Shown: piece after piece, positions 13,124 to 25,277 of the stretch | Layout: the number at the start of each line of letters is the position of its first letter | Numbering within the stretch: the stretch's first letter is position 1 | Source of the DNA: Negaprion brevirostris | Taxonomy: Eukaryota | Direction: 5' to 3' | Length of the DNA stretch: 64,000 nt | NCBI GenBank assembly: GCA_030324005.1 | Contig: JARDVH010000128.1 | Coordinates: 12,385,786 to 12,449,785, forward strand | Program-made: the position numbers and the translations under genes | Notes under the pieces: model-generated | Told to the model about the DNA's origin: nothing | Seen by the model: the letters and a program-made list of their open reading frames with translations, nothing else | Database searches by the model: none

Positions 13124-13321
13124 GCATTCAGATCCCGAGATGAAGCCCAGACACAGTTCTCACAGTGCCTGATTGACAAAGACAAATATCGCAAACAAAT
13201 CCGGGAACTAGAGGAGAAGAATGATGAGCTCCAAATTCAGATTGTCAGGAAGGAAGGGAAAATCGTTGCCTTGGAATCAAAACTCCGGCGCATGTCCAAG
13301 GATACCCTGTCGGCTGACCAG
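13124..13321 (+). CDS. CARD11: CARD11 coding exon (approx. exon 9): [66 protein letters not shown]
   Basis: ccccttccag acceptor, CAG|gtgagt donor, 198 nt, phase 0-0; inside ORF 13109..13369; end of coiled coil. Confidence 0.96.
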
Positions 13322-13374
13322 GTGAGTCTTTTGACTGACATTTTCATTATGATTTTTTATCCCCATTAGTTATA

Positions 13375-14185
13375 TAGAAACTAGAAGAGGGAGTAGGCCA
13401 CTTGGCCTTCCAGCCTTAGCCGCCATTCATTTTGATCATGGCTGATCATCAAATTCAATATCCTGATTTCCCCCTTNNNNNNNNNNNNNNNNNNNNNNNN
13501 NNNNNNNTGATCCCTTTAACCCCAAAAGCTATATCTAATTTCTTCTTGAAACTAGACAATGTTTTGGCCTCAAATACATTCAGTGGTAGTGAATTCCACA
13601 CATTCACCACTCTCTGGGTGAAGAAATTTCTCCTCACCTTAATTCTAAAAGGTTTACTCATTATCCTCAAACTATGACCCCAAGTTCTGGATTCACCCAC
13701 CATTGAGAACATTCTTTCTGAATCAACCCTGTCTAATCCTGTTAGAATTTTATAAGTTTCTATGAAATCCCCTCTCATTCTGCTAAACTCCAATGAATAT
13801 AATCCTGAGCAACTTATTCTCTCACATGGCAGACCTGCCATCCCAGGAATCAGCCTGGTAAACCTTCTCTGCACTCCCTCTTTAGCAAGGACACCCTTCC
13901 TCAGATAAGGACACCAAATCTACACACAATACCCCAGGTATGGCCTCACCAATGCCCTGTACAATTGTAGTAAAACATCCCTATCCCTATTCTCAAATCC
14001 TCTCACACTGAAGGCCAACATCCCATTTGCCACCTTTACTGCCTGCTGTACCTGTGCATTTACTTTCAGCGACTGATGTACGAGGACACCAATGTCTCGC
14101 TGAGTATCCACCTCTCTTAGTTTACACCCATTCAAATAATAATCTGCCTTCCCATTATTGCTACCGAAGAGGGTAACCTCAAATC
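13375..14185 (-). mobile_element. CR1-clade LINE 3' fragment
   Basis: ORFs 13455..13874 and 13920..14252 give QRRFTRLIPGM, FFTQRVVNVWNSLP and LYRALVRPYLGYCV. Confidence 0.93.
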
Positions 14186-14244
14186 CATAATTCTTTCCCA
14201 ATCCACCTAATAACTTGATACAATAACTCAATGATCCAATTCTT

Positions 14245-15570
14245 GCATACATTGTTCACAAGGCAAGCATTTGTTGCTCATCCCAAGTTGTCATTGAGAA
14301 GGTGGTGGTTAGCTGCCTTCTTGAACTACTGTAATCTGTGTAGTGCAGGCACAGCCACACTGCTGTTAGGGAGAGGTTTTCAGGATTTCGACCCAACGAC
14401 AAAGAGGAAACAGTGATACATGTCCAAATCAGAGTGCTGGGTGACTTGGAGGGTAACCCAGAAGTGGTGGTGTTCCCGTGTTCTTGCGACCCTCCTCTTT
14501 CTGGTTGGTAGAGGTCGTGGGTCAAAGTGATGTGGTTGACGAAGTCTCAGCAATTTGCTGCACTTCATCATGTTGATGGTACACACCCACAACCATGATG
14601 TGTTGGTGAGGGAGTAAATGTTTTTAGAGGTGGATGTGATATTGATCAAGTGGCTTCTTCATCCTGAATGTTGATGAGCTTCTCAAGTGTTTGGCAGCTG
14701 TACTCATCTAGACAATTGGAGAGCACTCCGCACACTCCTGGAATGAGCCAAGTAAGTTCAAATCTTGATGCCTGTTCTGTGCAGCATCGGTTGATCTCTG
14801 CTGAGACAGCAGTAGGAGCAACTTAATGACCAGGAAGCGCTCCTGCATCATATCACTGTCCAACACATAATCCTTACTGGAAAGGCAATGTGTGTGGGTG
14901 TTCTCTTGGTACAGAGTCAGGCTCAGCTCTGATTCCAGCACAACCACATTCCACTCTGTTCATCCTCATTGCTCAGGTTTATGTATGAGAAATGGTTGCA
15001 TTCTACTCCCTTACAAGCTGCCAGCTGGGAGTGTGCCATTGACCAGAAACTGAACTGAAGCAATCACAAAAATGTGTTGGCAGCTGGATCAGGTCAGAGG
15101 CCGGATATTCAGCACTTAGTGATTCAACTCCTGATTCATCTTACCATTTACAAGTCTTGTAGGGAATACTCTCCATTTGCCTCGATGCAACAGTGGCAAC
15201 AACAACATAAGATTGACAACATCTAGGGCAGCCCAATTGCACCACCTTGAACAGACATTTCCTCCACCTCACCTGATGAAGGAACAGCGCTCCGAAAGCT
15301 CATGATTCCAAATAAACCTATTAGACTTTAAACTGGTGTTGTGAGACTTCTAATATCCCAGTCCAATGCCAGCATCTCCACCTTATTCAATTTAGGCATG
15401 AGTCACCTTTCCATCATTGTCACTGAACTCCCTACCTGACCTCACCATGACAGTACCTTCACCACTAACTGCAATGGTTCAAGGAGGCAGTTCACCTTTT
15501 TAAGGACAATGAGGAATGGGTAATAAATTCTGATGTTGCCAGCAAAGCCCACATCCCAAAAACAAACATT
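14245..15570. mobile_element. Fragments of a second CR1/L2-type LINE family in both orientations (- 14245-14760, + 14990-15570); more at 17795-18070, 30480-30920, 35340-36750, 59430-59890
   Basis: Mutually similar 3' blocks (cagcagttcaagaaggcagct...aattagggatggg); endonuclease motif LDLILTN...SDH in ORF 59586..59825. Confidence 0.7.
15268..15381 (+). mobile_element. Penelope-like terminal-repeat fragment with a hammerhead-ribozyme-like motif
   Basis: tcacCTGATGAaggaacagcgctccGAAAgcTCatga followed by aataaacct...ggtgttgtgagactt; same family as 41832-41955, 54462-54689 and 58388-58460. Confidence 0.65.
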
Positions 15571-15765
15571 AAAACAAACTTCAACAATGCTTCCAGCACC
15601 CAAAACATGAACAACCACTTTCAGATGAAAAGAGAAAAACAGTCCTCCCATCTTTATATCTATGTATTATTTTTAATTGGGTAGGTGCAATAACCCAAGT
15701 TTCACTGGGGTTCAATGGAAGACATGAACTGTATAATCACCCGAACAGTTAAATATGCATCACAT

Positions 15766-16031
15766 TGGTTAGCACTGCTGATTCTTGGCTTGGGTCACTG
15801 TCTGTACCGAATCTGCACGTTTTACTCCTGACTGCGTGGGTTTCCTCTGGGTGCTCCAGTTTCCTCCCATGGTCCAAGAGGCGTGCTGATTAGGTGCACT
15901 GGCCATGCTAAATTTTCCCTCAGTGTACCACAATAGGTGCTGGAGTGTGGCAACTGAGGGATTTTCACAATAACTTCATTGCAGTGTTAATATAAGCCTA
16001 GTTGTGAAAACAATAAATAAACTTTAAACTT
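15766..16031 (+). mobile_element. HE1-like V-SINE with alternative tail B
   Basis: Same head and V-domain, then ccctcagtgtacc...ggagtgtggcaact...cttcattgcagtgttaat...aataaataaacttt. Confidence 0.85.
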
Positions 16032-16554
16032 ATTGTGGCATTAGAGGCTGATCTCTACAACTGACCCTGACAAACCCAGATATGAGCCGGGAAGATCTGA
16101 ATGTCAGATTGGGCTTATTGTTGGATCTATGCTGTCAAGATGTCACTCAGCCCTGGTCCCACTATACCCCACTATACTGACCTTTTCTTTTCAGGCACTA
16201 ACCCACCAGATTGTCATATATATACTTCCTGGTCAACATCTGTTCGATGTACGGTTATTGACATAAGAATTTAAGAATGTTAGATGAAATTGAAATAACA
16301 CAGAAAAAAAGTTCCAGTCTCACACTTAAGGGTGATATCATTTTGGGGTCATTTCGCTTTATTATCCTTCCGGGGCCAGAATAATAAACAAAATATTTGG
16401 ATTTATGGAATGCCACATACGTTCTGCATATGGCAAAACTCTTCAGTACAGTCCTCCAATATTTAACTGGTGGAAAGCAGTTGAAAATGTATTACTGTTT
16501 AAGGAAAACTAATTAGTCCCATCCAATGAAGAGAATGGATGTTTTAATTACATG

Positions 16555-16935
16555 TTTGCCTTGGCTGAGTAGGTAGCACTCTTGCCTCTAGGTCAGAAGG
16601 TTGTGGCAACGAGCCCCACTCCAGGGACTTCAGTTAACTATATATACTATAGGGAAGTACAAAGCAATTTTTTGGAAGTGCTGTCTTTCAGATGAGACGT
16701 ACAACCCAGACCCATTTTTGCCCTCTCTGCTGGATGTAAAATATCCTATGTTATTTGAAGACAAGAAGGGGAGGATGTTTATCCTGAAACATATTATAAA
16801 AAATATTATTTTGTTATTTATCTCCATTGTTGTCTGTGGGACCCTGACATGTGTAAATTGGCTGGTGTGCCTCCTACAATGTGTATTGTAGGTGGAAAAT
16901 CTTGGCCAAAGTGCTTTGGGACATCATGGAATGCA
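16555..16935 (+). mobile_element. DeuSINE-like (SacSINE1-type) element; another copy at 56100-56455, tail fragments near 10270-10335, 11650-11790, 30965-31085 and 41983-42092
   Basis: tRNA-like head ggtagcactcttgcctct..gtcagaaggttgtgg, Deu-domain-like gtgctgtctttcagatgagacgt...gccctctc..tggatgtaaaa, tail aagtgctttgggacat. Confidence 0.7.
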
Positions 16936-18074
16936 CTTCATGTCTTCCAAGTTATTAAGTTAAATTTTAACAAGCATTCAAGCACAGGAAACATTTTGTA
17001 TCGCATCAACGGCTTGGGGATATCTTACTGAAAACCTAGAGGATTGACTTGAAGACTTGAAAAACTGAAAAGTGAAACTTGTCAGTGTTGTCTGATGTTT
17101 TGTTTTATTTCTGCTCCAATATTTCTTTTTTTGCTTAGTTTTTATGTTAAGTTGCATTCTTAAAAGTTTTTTGCAATTTTTTCATCCCTCATGTTTCTCC
17201 ACTTCCTCCCCCCCCCACCCCGCTGTACCCATTCCCATCATTGACCACAAGAGTGTCTGAAGGGTGCAGGCAGGTTCAGTTATCATTTTCCAAAGAGAAT
17301 TGTTTAATTTCTAAAGAGAAAGCAATTGCAGAGCTGTAGGGAAAAGGTGGGGAAATGGGACTCGATGAGTAGAGAGGGCCAGTATATACATGATGGACTG
17401 AATTGCCTCCTTCTGTGCTATATGATTTTATAACCATATTTGCTCCTTCAAAAGGTTCACTTTCTCTGTTTAAAGTTCAAGTAACCATTTCTGACAAGTG
17501 AAAACTTAATCTAGGTGAGTTCAAAAAAGGTCTTGCTCATCAAGCAGCAAGAAAGTTTTAAAGTATCTTTTCTAGCATAGACATATTGTCAGGTTAATGC
17601 AGGTCTTTCTGTTATATGTGGCTCATGCTGTACCTGACTTTGAAGTACTTAGGGCTATCATTGGGTGCAACGTGAACAAATAAATTGATGAGCAAGAGAA
17701 ATCTGTGAGCATTAGAAACATCCTTCTTAACTGTGTATTCTTTCTATTTGCATGTTTATTTTTAACACACCATTTTTATGACATTTGTCTTTCACCACCA
17801 AGAGCAATTAGGGATGGGCCATCTTACTGAACCACAGCAGTTCAGTGGTCAATATGCTGCCACAATGCTGTTAGGTAGCAAGTTCCAGGATCTTGACATA
17901 GTGATGGCAAAGGAATGGTGATGCATCTCAAAATTCAGGATGGCCTGTGACTTGGAAAAACCTAGTGGTAATAGTTTTCTCATGAACTACTGCTCTTGTT
18001 GGAGGTCATGGGTTTGGGAGGTGCTGGCGATAAATCCTTAACAAGTTGATGCAGGGCATTCTGTAGGTAAGAGC

Positions 18075-19950
18075 ATAAGAAATAAGAAAAAGGATCAGGA
18101 CCAGGCCATAGAGTTCATTGAGCTTGCTCCTCCATTAAGCCCAATACTGAATTCCACATGCTCATCCTATCCCCACATCCCTTGATTTGGTTAGTACTGC
18201 TGACTCACAGTGCCAGGGATCCTGGTTCATTTCTGGCCTGAGATCACTGTCTGTGCGGAGTCTGCACCTTCTCCTCTTGTCTGTGTGGGTTTTCTTTGAG
18301 TGCTCCGATTCCCTCCACAGTCCAGAGATGTGCGGTTAGGTTGACTGAGCGTGCCAATTGCCCCTTAGTGTCAGGGTAACTGGCAGGCCATGTGGTTCAG
18401 GGCTAGGGCCTGGATGGGATTGCTATTGATATAGGCTCAATGGGCCAAATGGCCTCCTTCTGCACTGTAGGGATTGTATGATTCCCTTGGAGCCCTAAAA
18501 TCTTATAAATCTTATCTTGAATATATTAATTGACCCAACAACCCGGAGTAGAGAATTCCAAAGATTCATCACCAAAGTGAAGGAGTTTCTCCTCGTCTCT
18601 ATCCTAAATGGCTAACCTTTTTCCTGATATTGTGATTTCCATGTTTTAGACTCTCTAGTCATGGGAAACAGCTTCTCCTTCTCAAGCCCTTTAAGAACTT
18701 CATACATTTCAATTNNNNNNNNNNNNNNNNNCTCGTTCTTCTAAACTCCAGAGGTTTAGACCCCTTCTACTTAATCATTGGATGGCCCACACTTTGCAGG
18801 AATCAGTTGGGTGTACACTCTTTTTTGTGTAAGGAGACCAAAATTCTCACCAAAGTTCAACATAATTACAGCAAGGCTATCTTACTGTTGCACACTGATG
18901 CCTTTCAATGAAGGTGAATATAGCATTTGCCTTTCCAATTGCTTGCTATACCTTCACGTTAACTTTCTACGATTCATTTTTAAGGAGTCCCAAATTCTTC
19001 TGCAACATTTACTTACTTCTCATTTTTTTAAAACACTTTATGCTTTTCTTTTCTTCCTACACAGGTGGACAGTGTTGCACTTCCCTACAATATATTCCAT
19101 CTCCCAATCTTCTTGCCCAATCACTTAACTGGTCTATTTGCCTTTATAATCTTTTTGCATGCTGCTGACAGCTCACTTTCCCGTCCAGTTTTGTATCATC
19201 AACAAACTTAGAGATAACGCACTTGGTCCCTGACCCAAGTCATTGATTATAGGTTGTAAATAGCTGAGGCTCAAGGAATGATATTGTGATATTCCACTAG
19301 TCACATCCTGACATCCCAAAAATAATTTCGACTCTGTTCATGGTCCATTAACATCCTCAATCCATGCTGATGTGGCCCCCAATCAATCCCATAAACCCTA
19401 ATCTGGATAACAAAGTCTTATATTGCACCTTATTGGAGGCCTCTGAAAATCCAAATATACTACTATTGATCACCCCTTATCTACCCTGCTAGTTACTGTA
19501 ACAGATTTGTCCCATATGATTTCCCCTTTGTAAGATAAAGAAGAAAATGTGTGTTTATGACAGGTGTCAGGTGGAGAATACATTTGAGAAACGAGGAATA
19601 CAGAAGGTTCAGAAGGGAGTGAGAAAACAGAATAGAGAAGTGAAGAGTGATTATGAGAAATGCTGACATCCAACATAAAGGAGAACCTCAAAGTCTACGA
19701 TAGGCCTATGAAAAGTTGAAGGAAGGTAAAAGAAGAGAAAGGACAATAAGGAACCTAAAAGGGTATTTACACAGGGAGGTTCAGGGCTTGATAACAATTT
19801 TGTGATTCTGTGATAAAATCCCATTGACTCTGCCTTATCATATTGTGATTTGCTAAGTTCCCTGTTATTTAGTCATTAATAACAGAATCTAGTACTTCTC
19901 TTCTGATGTCAGGCTAACAGGTCTATTTCCCAGTTTTTCTCTCTCCTTTT
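18075..19950 (-). mobile_element. Old CR1 LINE fragment interrupted by an HE1-like SINE (18187-18483, +)
   Basis: CR1 tail cataagaaataag..., agagaattccaaagattcatcacc and gttttgtatcatcaacaaactt (reverse of KFVDDTK); nested SINE with V-domain. Confidence 0.75.
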
Positions 19951-21639
19951 TTTTGAACAAGGATTTGCCTNNNNNNNNNNAGCCCTTTCTCTCCCTCACT
20001 TACCTGCCATTGCATTCAAGCTGTGTGTTTCTTTGGGGAAAATTTTCCCCAAAATTTTCCTAATTGGAAGAATGTTCCAATTAGGAACATTTGGCTCAAA
20101 GGGCCCAATGTTTCTAATTGGCCAGTGAGCCTGCCCTTTGGACATTAATTAGCCACTCTGGGGAATATCCCAGTGTGTGCCTGTTTTCTGTTCAGTGCAA
20201 AGTTCTAATCTACATTTCGCCCAGACAGAGAGAGTCAGGAGAATAAATCCAGCCCTAACTGAAATTGTGCTTGCCTGAGATCATGCTGATCTTTTCAGAC
20301 TCCTACCTTCAGCAAGCCTCTTGTTCTGTCTCCTCAATTTAACCGTGTATTATGCAATTCATTTGGGTTATTTTAAACTAAATTATGTAACTAAAAGGAG
20401 CATCACCTTTCACCTCTGCATTGTATTTTCACTCGCATCAAATTCTCACTCTTTGGAATGCACTCAGTTAACACTGAGTCTTTAGTAAACACTTTACACT
20501 TTTATAGCCCTTCAGAGCTGTGTGCAAGTTGTAACATCTCAGTCAGTTTCCAGGAATTATCCTCAATTAATCACTTACAGCTGTTTGACTACTAATTGCC
20601 TGGTTATTTTAATGTTCCGAGTTAAATTCTTAAGTTTTAAATCTAAATTTCAGTTTGACCAACCCACTCTTGCCAAATGTTCATCATTCCACTCTATTTA
20701 TGATACGTTAGCATTGTGCTCTGTCCCTTGGATAGTGCCCGAGTGGAGCCAAAGTGCAACATGGATAGAGAGGGTGGACATTTAAGGCATGGATGGAATG
20801 CCGATGAAGTGGATCTCATTGCCTTGGATAGTGTTGAGCTCTTTTAGTAGTTTGCGTACTTAAAAAAATAATTTTGACTGCAATGAAAACTTCATAGAGT
20901 TTGCCCATAACTAGTTTGGGGGTTGGGCGGGGTGGTTTTCAGGGGTTGGTGACAAGAGTTGTGCCACATAGTGAGCTGGCTTTCAGCTTGTCTTGCTGGG
21001 GGGGGACGGGGGGGATGTTTCCCATGCCCTTTGCTGGCAGCAGGATCTTCTGGTCCTGCCACTGTCAATCAGATATCCCACTGACTGCACCACATGCTTC
21101 CAGGGAACCCACAGCAGGGTCCGCCATCAGCAGACCAGATGATCCCACTGGTGTGAACAGCTGGATAAGCCCAGCCATGTATCTAAACTGGACAATTTAT
21201 AACACAGTACAATGAATAGAGCAATAGAGTCGAATTGTGCATTTTTCAGAATCCCTTATTCAAGAGTAAGTATTTTCAGTAAACTACCTACACATGTATT
21301 TGCATTCAGCTGCTGTCAAAGTTGGGGACGGCCAAGGGAATGTTAGCAACTCAGCCTTGACATGATGCTTCAATGAACAGCTCCATTGGTCTAAAGGTCT
21401 CTCTTGAACAAATTAACCTTGTGCTAGGTTGTAACAGTAGAGAGGCACCTTCCTTTACGGCTTGTTCCACTTTTTTAAACACCTGTCAGTATGTGAATAA
21501 GGAACTAGCCGGCTGAATACTTACTGGGTGCCAAGTTGTCATCTGGTCTCAATGGGTGGGCAATTCGTAGCACAGTTCACAAATGCTGTTGCTGCTGCTG
21601 CTGCTTGTAGCTACTCCCACCAGGAGATTGGCTGTCATG

Positions 21640-22100
21640 GTATGTCATGCTTTCCTGCCTAGTGTCATCCTCATGCATCTATTGTAGCTCGTCTGCAAAT
21701 GCTCTGTGATGTCTATCATCCAACTACGCCTGGGTCGACTCCTCTTTCTACTGCCCTCTACTGTGCCCTCCTGATGAGATCTCTGTAGCTTCTCGTCTCT
21801 GATCAAGTGGCCAAAATGCTGACATTTTCTTTTCTGGGTGTCACTATGTACAGTTCTGTTCGCTCTTTGAATTTCAAGCACCTCTTCATTTGTCCGCAAG
21901 TCTGAATTTGGAAGTTTTAGCATTTACCTTTCAAAGATCACATGCCATAGATCGTTACCAATCGTTCAGGTTTTTGAGCATGCAAGTGCGTGGATAGAAC
22001 GTAGCATCTTATGAGTTTTTTTTTCCTTGTTGCAAGCTAGAGTTTTCTTGTTGTTGAGACATCATTCATCTTCATGAAATTCTGGCTGTCCATGATCAAG
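21640..22100 (-). mobile_element. RTE-clade LINE 3' fragment
   Basis: ORF 21645..21923: RTNEEVL...KRKCQHFGHLIR...EGTVEGSRKRSRPRRSW, the typical RTE ORF C-terminus. Confidence 0.82.
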
Positions 22101-22187
22101 CTTTTTTGATCACCTGGTCAGAGAAACTAACAAAGTCCTAAAAATTGACAATTATGGCATGTTGAAACAGTGATGAGTTTTAGGCTG

Positions 22188-22400
22188 AAACAAAAAGAGA
22201 AAATGCTGGATAAACCCTGCGGATCTGGCAGTATCTTTGGAAAGAGAAACAGAGTTAATGGGCAGGATTTTCCAGTCCAAGACTGTAAATTCTCGCATCA
22301 AGTGATCTGACAAAAATTGTCCATCCTGCTCATGATGACTCCTGCAGTGGGCAGGACCCGAAAATTTAACTCAGCGTTTCAAGTCCACATGTCCCTTCTC
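22188..22400. mobile_element. Penelope-like terminal fragment interrupted by a ~115-bp MITE (22260-22374)
   Basis: gaaatgctggataaacc..ggatctggcagtatct..agagaaacagagttaa | MITE | cgtttcaagtcc..cccttct; related fragment at 41776-41832. Confidence 0.55.
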
Positions 22401-22816
22401 CTATTGCACCTTAACGGTTGATAGATTTTTAATTTTTAAAGAAGAGAAAGCAAGGTGGCATTTTTAAATTGTCATTGGGTATACCAGAGCAATGATTCTG
22501 CAAACAGTTACATGAACAATTGTTCTCCCATATTTTGATCCCTGCTAACTCCAGTTGAGAGAGACATGCCTAACTCTCGGTTCGCCGAGACACTGAACCC
22601 ATCCCACTCTGTCTCCTCCTAATTAAAGACTCTCTCCTCCTCTGATGGACCCAGTCTAAGCTGAATTCATCTCCCCTCTCAGTTCAAATTTGGTTCATAA
22701 CAAGTGGCTCTTTTATTCTGATTAGGTTAGAAGTCAGAAATTAAAACAACTCTGACTTATTCTGACTTCAGCACCCATCTACCATCTTCTGTTATCATTT
22801 TCCCGAACAAAATATA

Positions 22817-23373
22817 GGGGGCGATTCTCTCAAAAAAAATTCTAAGTGCCTAATTCTCGTGAAAACTGAAGTAACACCTGATGGTTTTTTTAAGTGTGAA
22901 TTTTCAGAATGAATCCCCCACACGGAGTGCCCTAATCTAAAAATCAACAGGCAGGCCTATTCCTGCTGGAGAGACCGGCAGCATAGCGCTGAGCGGGCCA
23001 CTGCGCATGCGCCGATCTGTCAGAGCGGAGATTGGCACATACGCAGTGGCACGACATTGCCGGCCTCCTGATCACTGGCCAGCCCTGTGACCCCACATCG
23101 CTGCCACTATGACCCGCTCGATCGCTGGCCCNNNNNNNNNNNNNNNNNNNNNNNNNNNNNNNNNNNNNNNNNNNNNNNNNNNNNNNNNNNNNNNNNNNNN
23201 NNNNNNNNNNNNNNNNNNNNNNNNNNNNNNNTTAGCGAACCCAGAGACTTCAGTCCTCTAATCAGCTGAAATTTAAATAATCAATTCCATGTCAATTTCT
23301 GGTGCGGAGCCAGTTCCTCCAAAAATCTTGGAGCTGGAACGAGAGCAGCGCAGCAGGCTGGGAGAATCACCCC
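22817..23373. mobile_element. Harbinger-like MITE
   Basis: GGGGGCGATTCTC ... GAGAATCACCCC with ATA on both flanks; interior similar to 8750-8900 (inverted) and to 39750-39950. Confidence 0.75.
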
Positions 23374-24299
23374 ATAATTTTGCAAAACTTTTTGTTTTTC
23401 ATTCAGCATCCACAAGACTAAGTTGTTGCCTACTCTTCAGCAGAGCTGAGAGGTAAACAGCCAAACCAGCCCAATTTGTACTGAACATTTGGTGGCTGTG
23501 CAATAACTGATATAGTGAGGGCAATTTTAATGAGATTGCTTACAATGGAAAGTAATATTGGATAGGATGCAAACCAGCCTTCTACCTGTTCCAGTGAGTT
23601 TCGCGCCCAGTGAATTAGGTTAAAATTACCGCTGTTGGGTAGCTAAAGGAGTCTGATATCTTTTTTGACAGTCTTCTGCTGAGCATATTTGGGTAAACTC
23701 AATAAATTCAAAAGCCACCTCTCCCACTGACTTCTGCAATCAAAAGGTGAAAAGATGGCAGCATGTTTTTTGTAAACGCTGTGTGAAAAATGCCTGTTTT
23801 ATAAGCTTGCTAACTGTGTTGCCTGCTGCCCAGCCTTAGATACGTTTGAGTCCTACAGAGAGCTTGCAGTGTCTGTAATGGAAAACCTACCATTGTCAGC
23901 GCCTTTTCCCAACTACCCTCCCCACCTCCACAAGTTGTCATGACAATCCTCTGGCTAGCTTCCTTTCATCTGCCATGTAAATAAAAAAAAATCCCACAAA
24001 TGCCAATGAGTGAGCAAAGGATGAATATTACTGTTGAGAATCCAGCTGATCTCATGATTTTGTCTCACTCAGAACTGCACAGAAATAGTCCATTCTGCCC
24101 AGTTGTTCATGCTGGTGTTTCATCTCCTCCCATCCCTACTTTATCTAACTTCATCAGCATATCCTTCTGTTTATACGCTTATCTACCTTCCCCTTATGTG
24201 AGTCTGTACTCACCACCTCAACCATTCCAGATGCAAAACCATTATTAGATGATGCGTTCAAACATTAAAAACTGCCCACTATTTACAGATGATCAAAGG

Positions 24300-25055
24300 T
24301 TCCCTTGCCTTAATCCTCAATTTGCATCATCCTCAAACTTCAGTCCTTTCTTCCTCCATGGCATTTTTGGGCTCATCTTGGGCATGAAACCCCCCCTCTT
24401 GCTCTCTTGAGCCTATTTCTACTGCTGAGCACCCACATTTCCTTTCTGGCTCCTGTTTTAATTGATATGATTCACAGTTCTTTCTCCTCAGGTCTAGACT
24501 GCTTTGCTGTCACCAACCCCTTCAAATATGCTATTATCATCCTTCTTTTGCCAAAAAAGAACCTTGGTGCCATCATACTTGCAAATTACCTCCCAATCAT
24601 GAACTTCCCTTTCCTTTAAAGATCCTTGAAAATGTTGCTGACTTCCAAACATATACCCATCTTTCTCATGTTCCAATCCTCCCAATGTGGCTTCAACTTC
24701 TGTTATCGTACCAGAACAACTCTCATGAAAGCCACAAAATACACACTGTGTAATCATCACAAAGATAAATTATTCCTCTTCCTTCTTCTCCACCTGCCTG
24801 CAACACATCAAACCTCAGAATTTGGCTCCAACACGTCTCTTCACTATCATCCAGCTGGCTAATTCTATTTCTACCTTTCTGCTCAGAGCCAGAGTATTAC
24901 TTGCAATAGCTTCTCTTTCTGCTCCCATACCATCACATCCAAAACCGGCAAGGATTGATCCTTGGCCCCTGCTACTACTCAGTGACATTGCTCAGCAACG
25001 TTATCCAAAAGCCCAGCATTAATTTCCACATATACACTGACAACACCCAACTCAA
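24300..25055 (+). mobile_element. L2-clade LINE RT fragment, decayed; further L2-like pieces at about 37060-37330 (+) and 38850-39310 (-)
   Basis: Peptide PFKYAIIILLLPKKNLGAIILANYLPIMNFPFL resembles L2 FK.AVI.PLLKKPSLDP..LANYRPISNLPFL. Confidence 0.75.
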
Positions 25056-25059
25056 CTGG

Positions 25060-25277
25060 CAGTGAAGTGACACAGTGGTTAGCACTGCTGCCTCATAGCA
25101 CCAGGGTCCTGGGTTCAATTCCGGCCTCAGGTCACTGTCTATGTGGAGTCTGCACTTTCTCACCATGTCTGTGTGTGTTTCCTCTGGGTGCTCCAGTTTT
25201 TCCTCCCACAGTCCAAATATGTGCAGGTTAGGTGGACTGACCATGCTAAATTGCCCCTTGGTGTCCCAAGATGTGTA
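25060..25277 (+). mobile_element. HE1-like V-SINE truncated at a CR1 insertion
   Basis: Head and V-domain up to gtgtcccaagatgtgt, abutting a CR1 tail. Confidence 0.88.

Noticed and set aside
20035-20087. Perfect palindrome ggggaaaattttcccc and a 13-bp hairpin, superficially kB-site-like
   Set aside because: Sits at the end of a probable MITE; no evidence for regulatory function from sequence alone.
21250-21265. ttttcag|AATCCCTTATTCAAGA|gtaagt exon-like island
   Set aside because: 16 nt would frameshift in a phase-0 intron; expected by chance in 20 kb.
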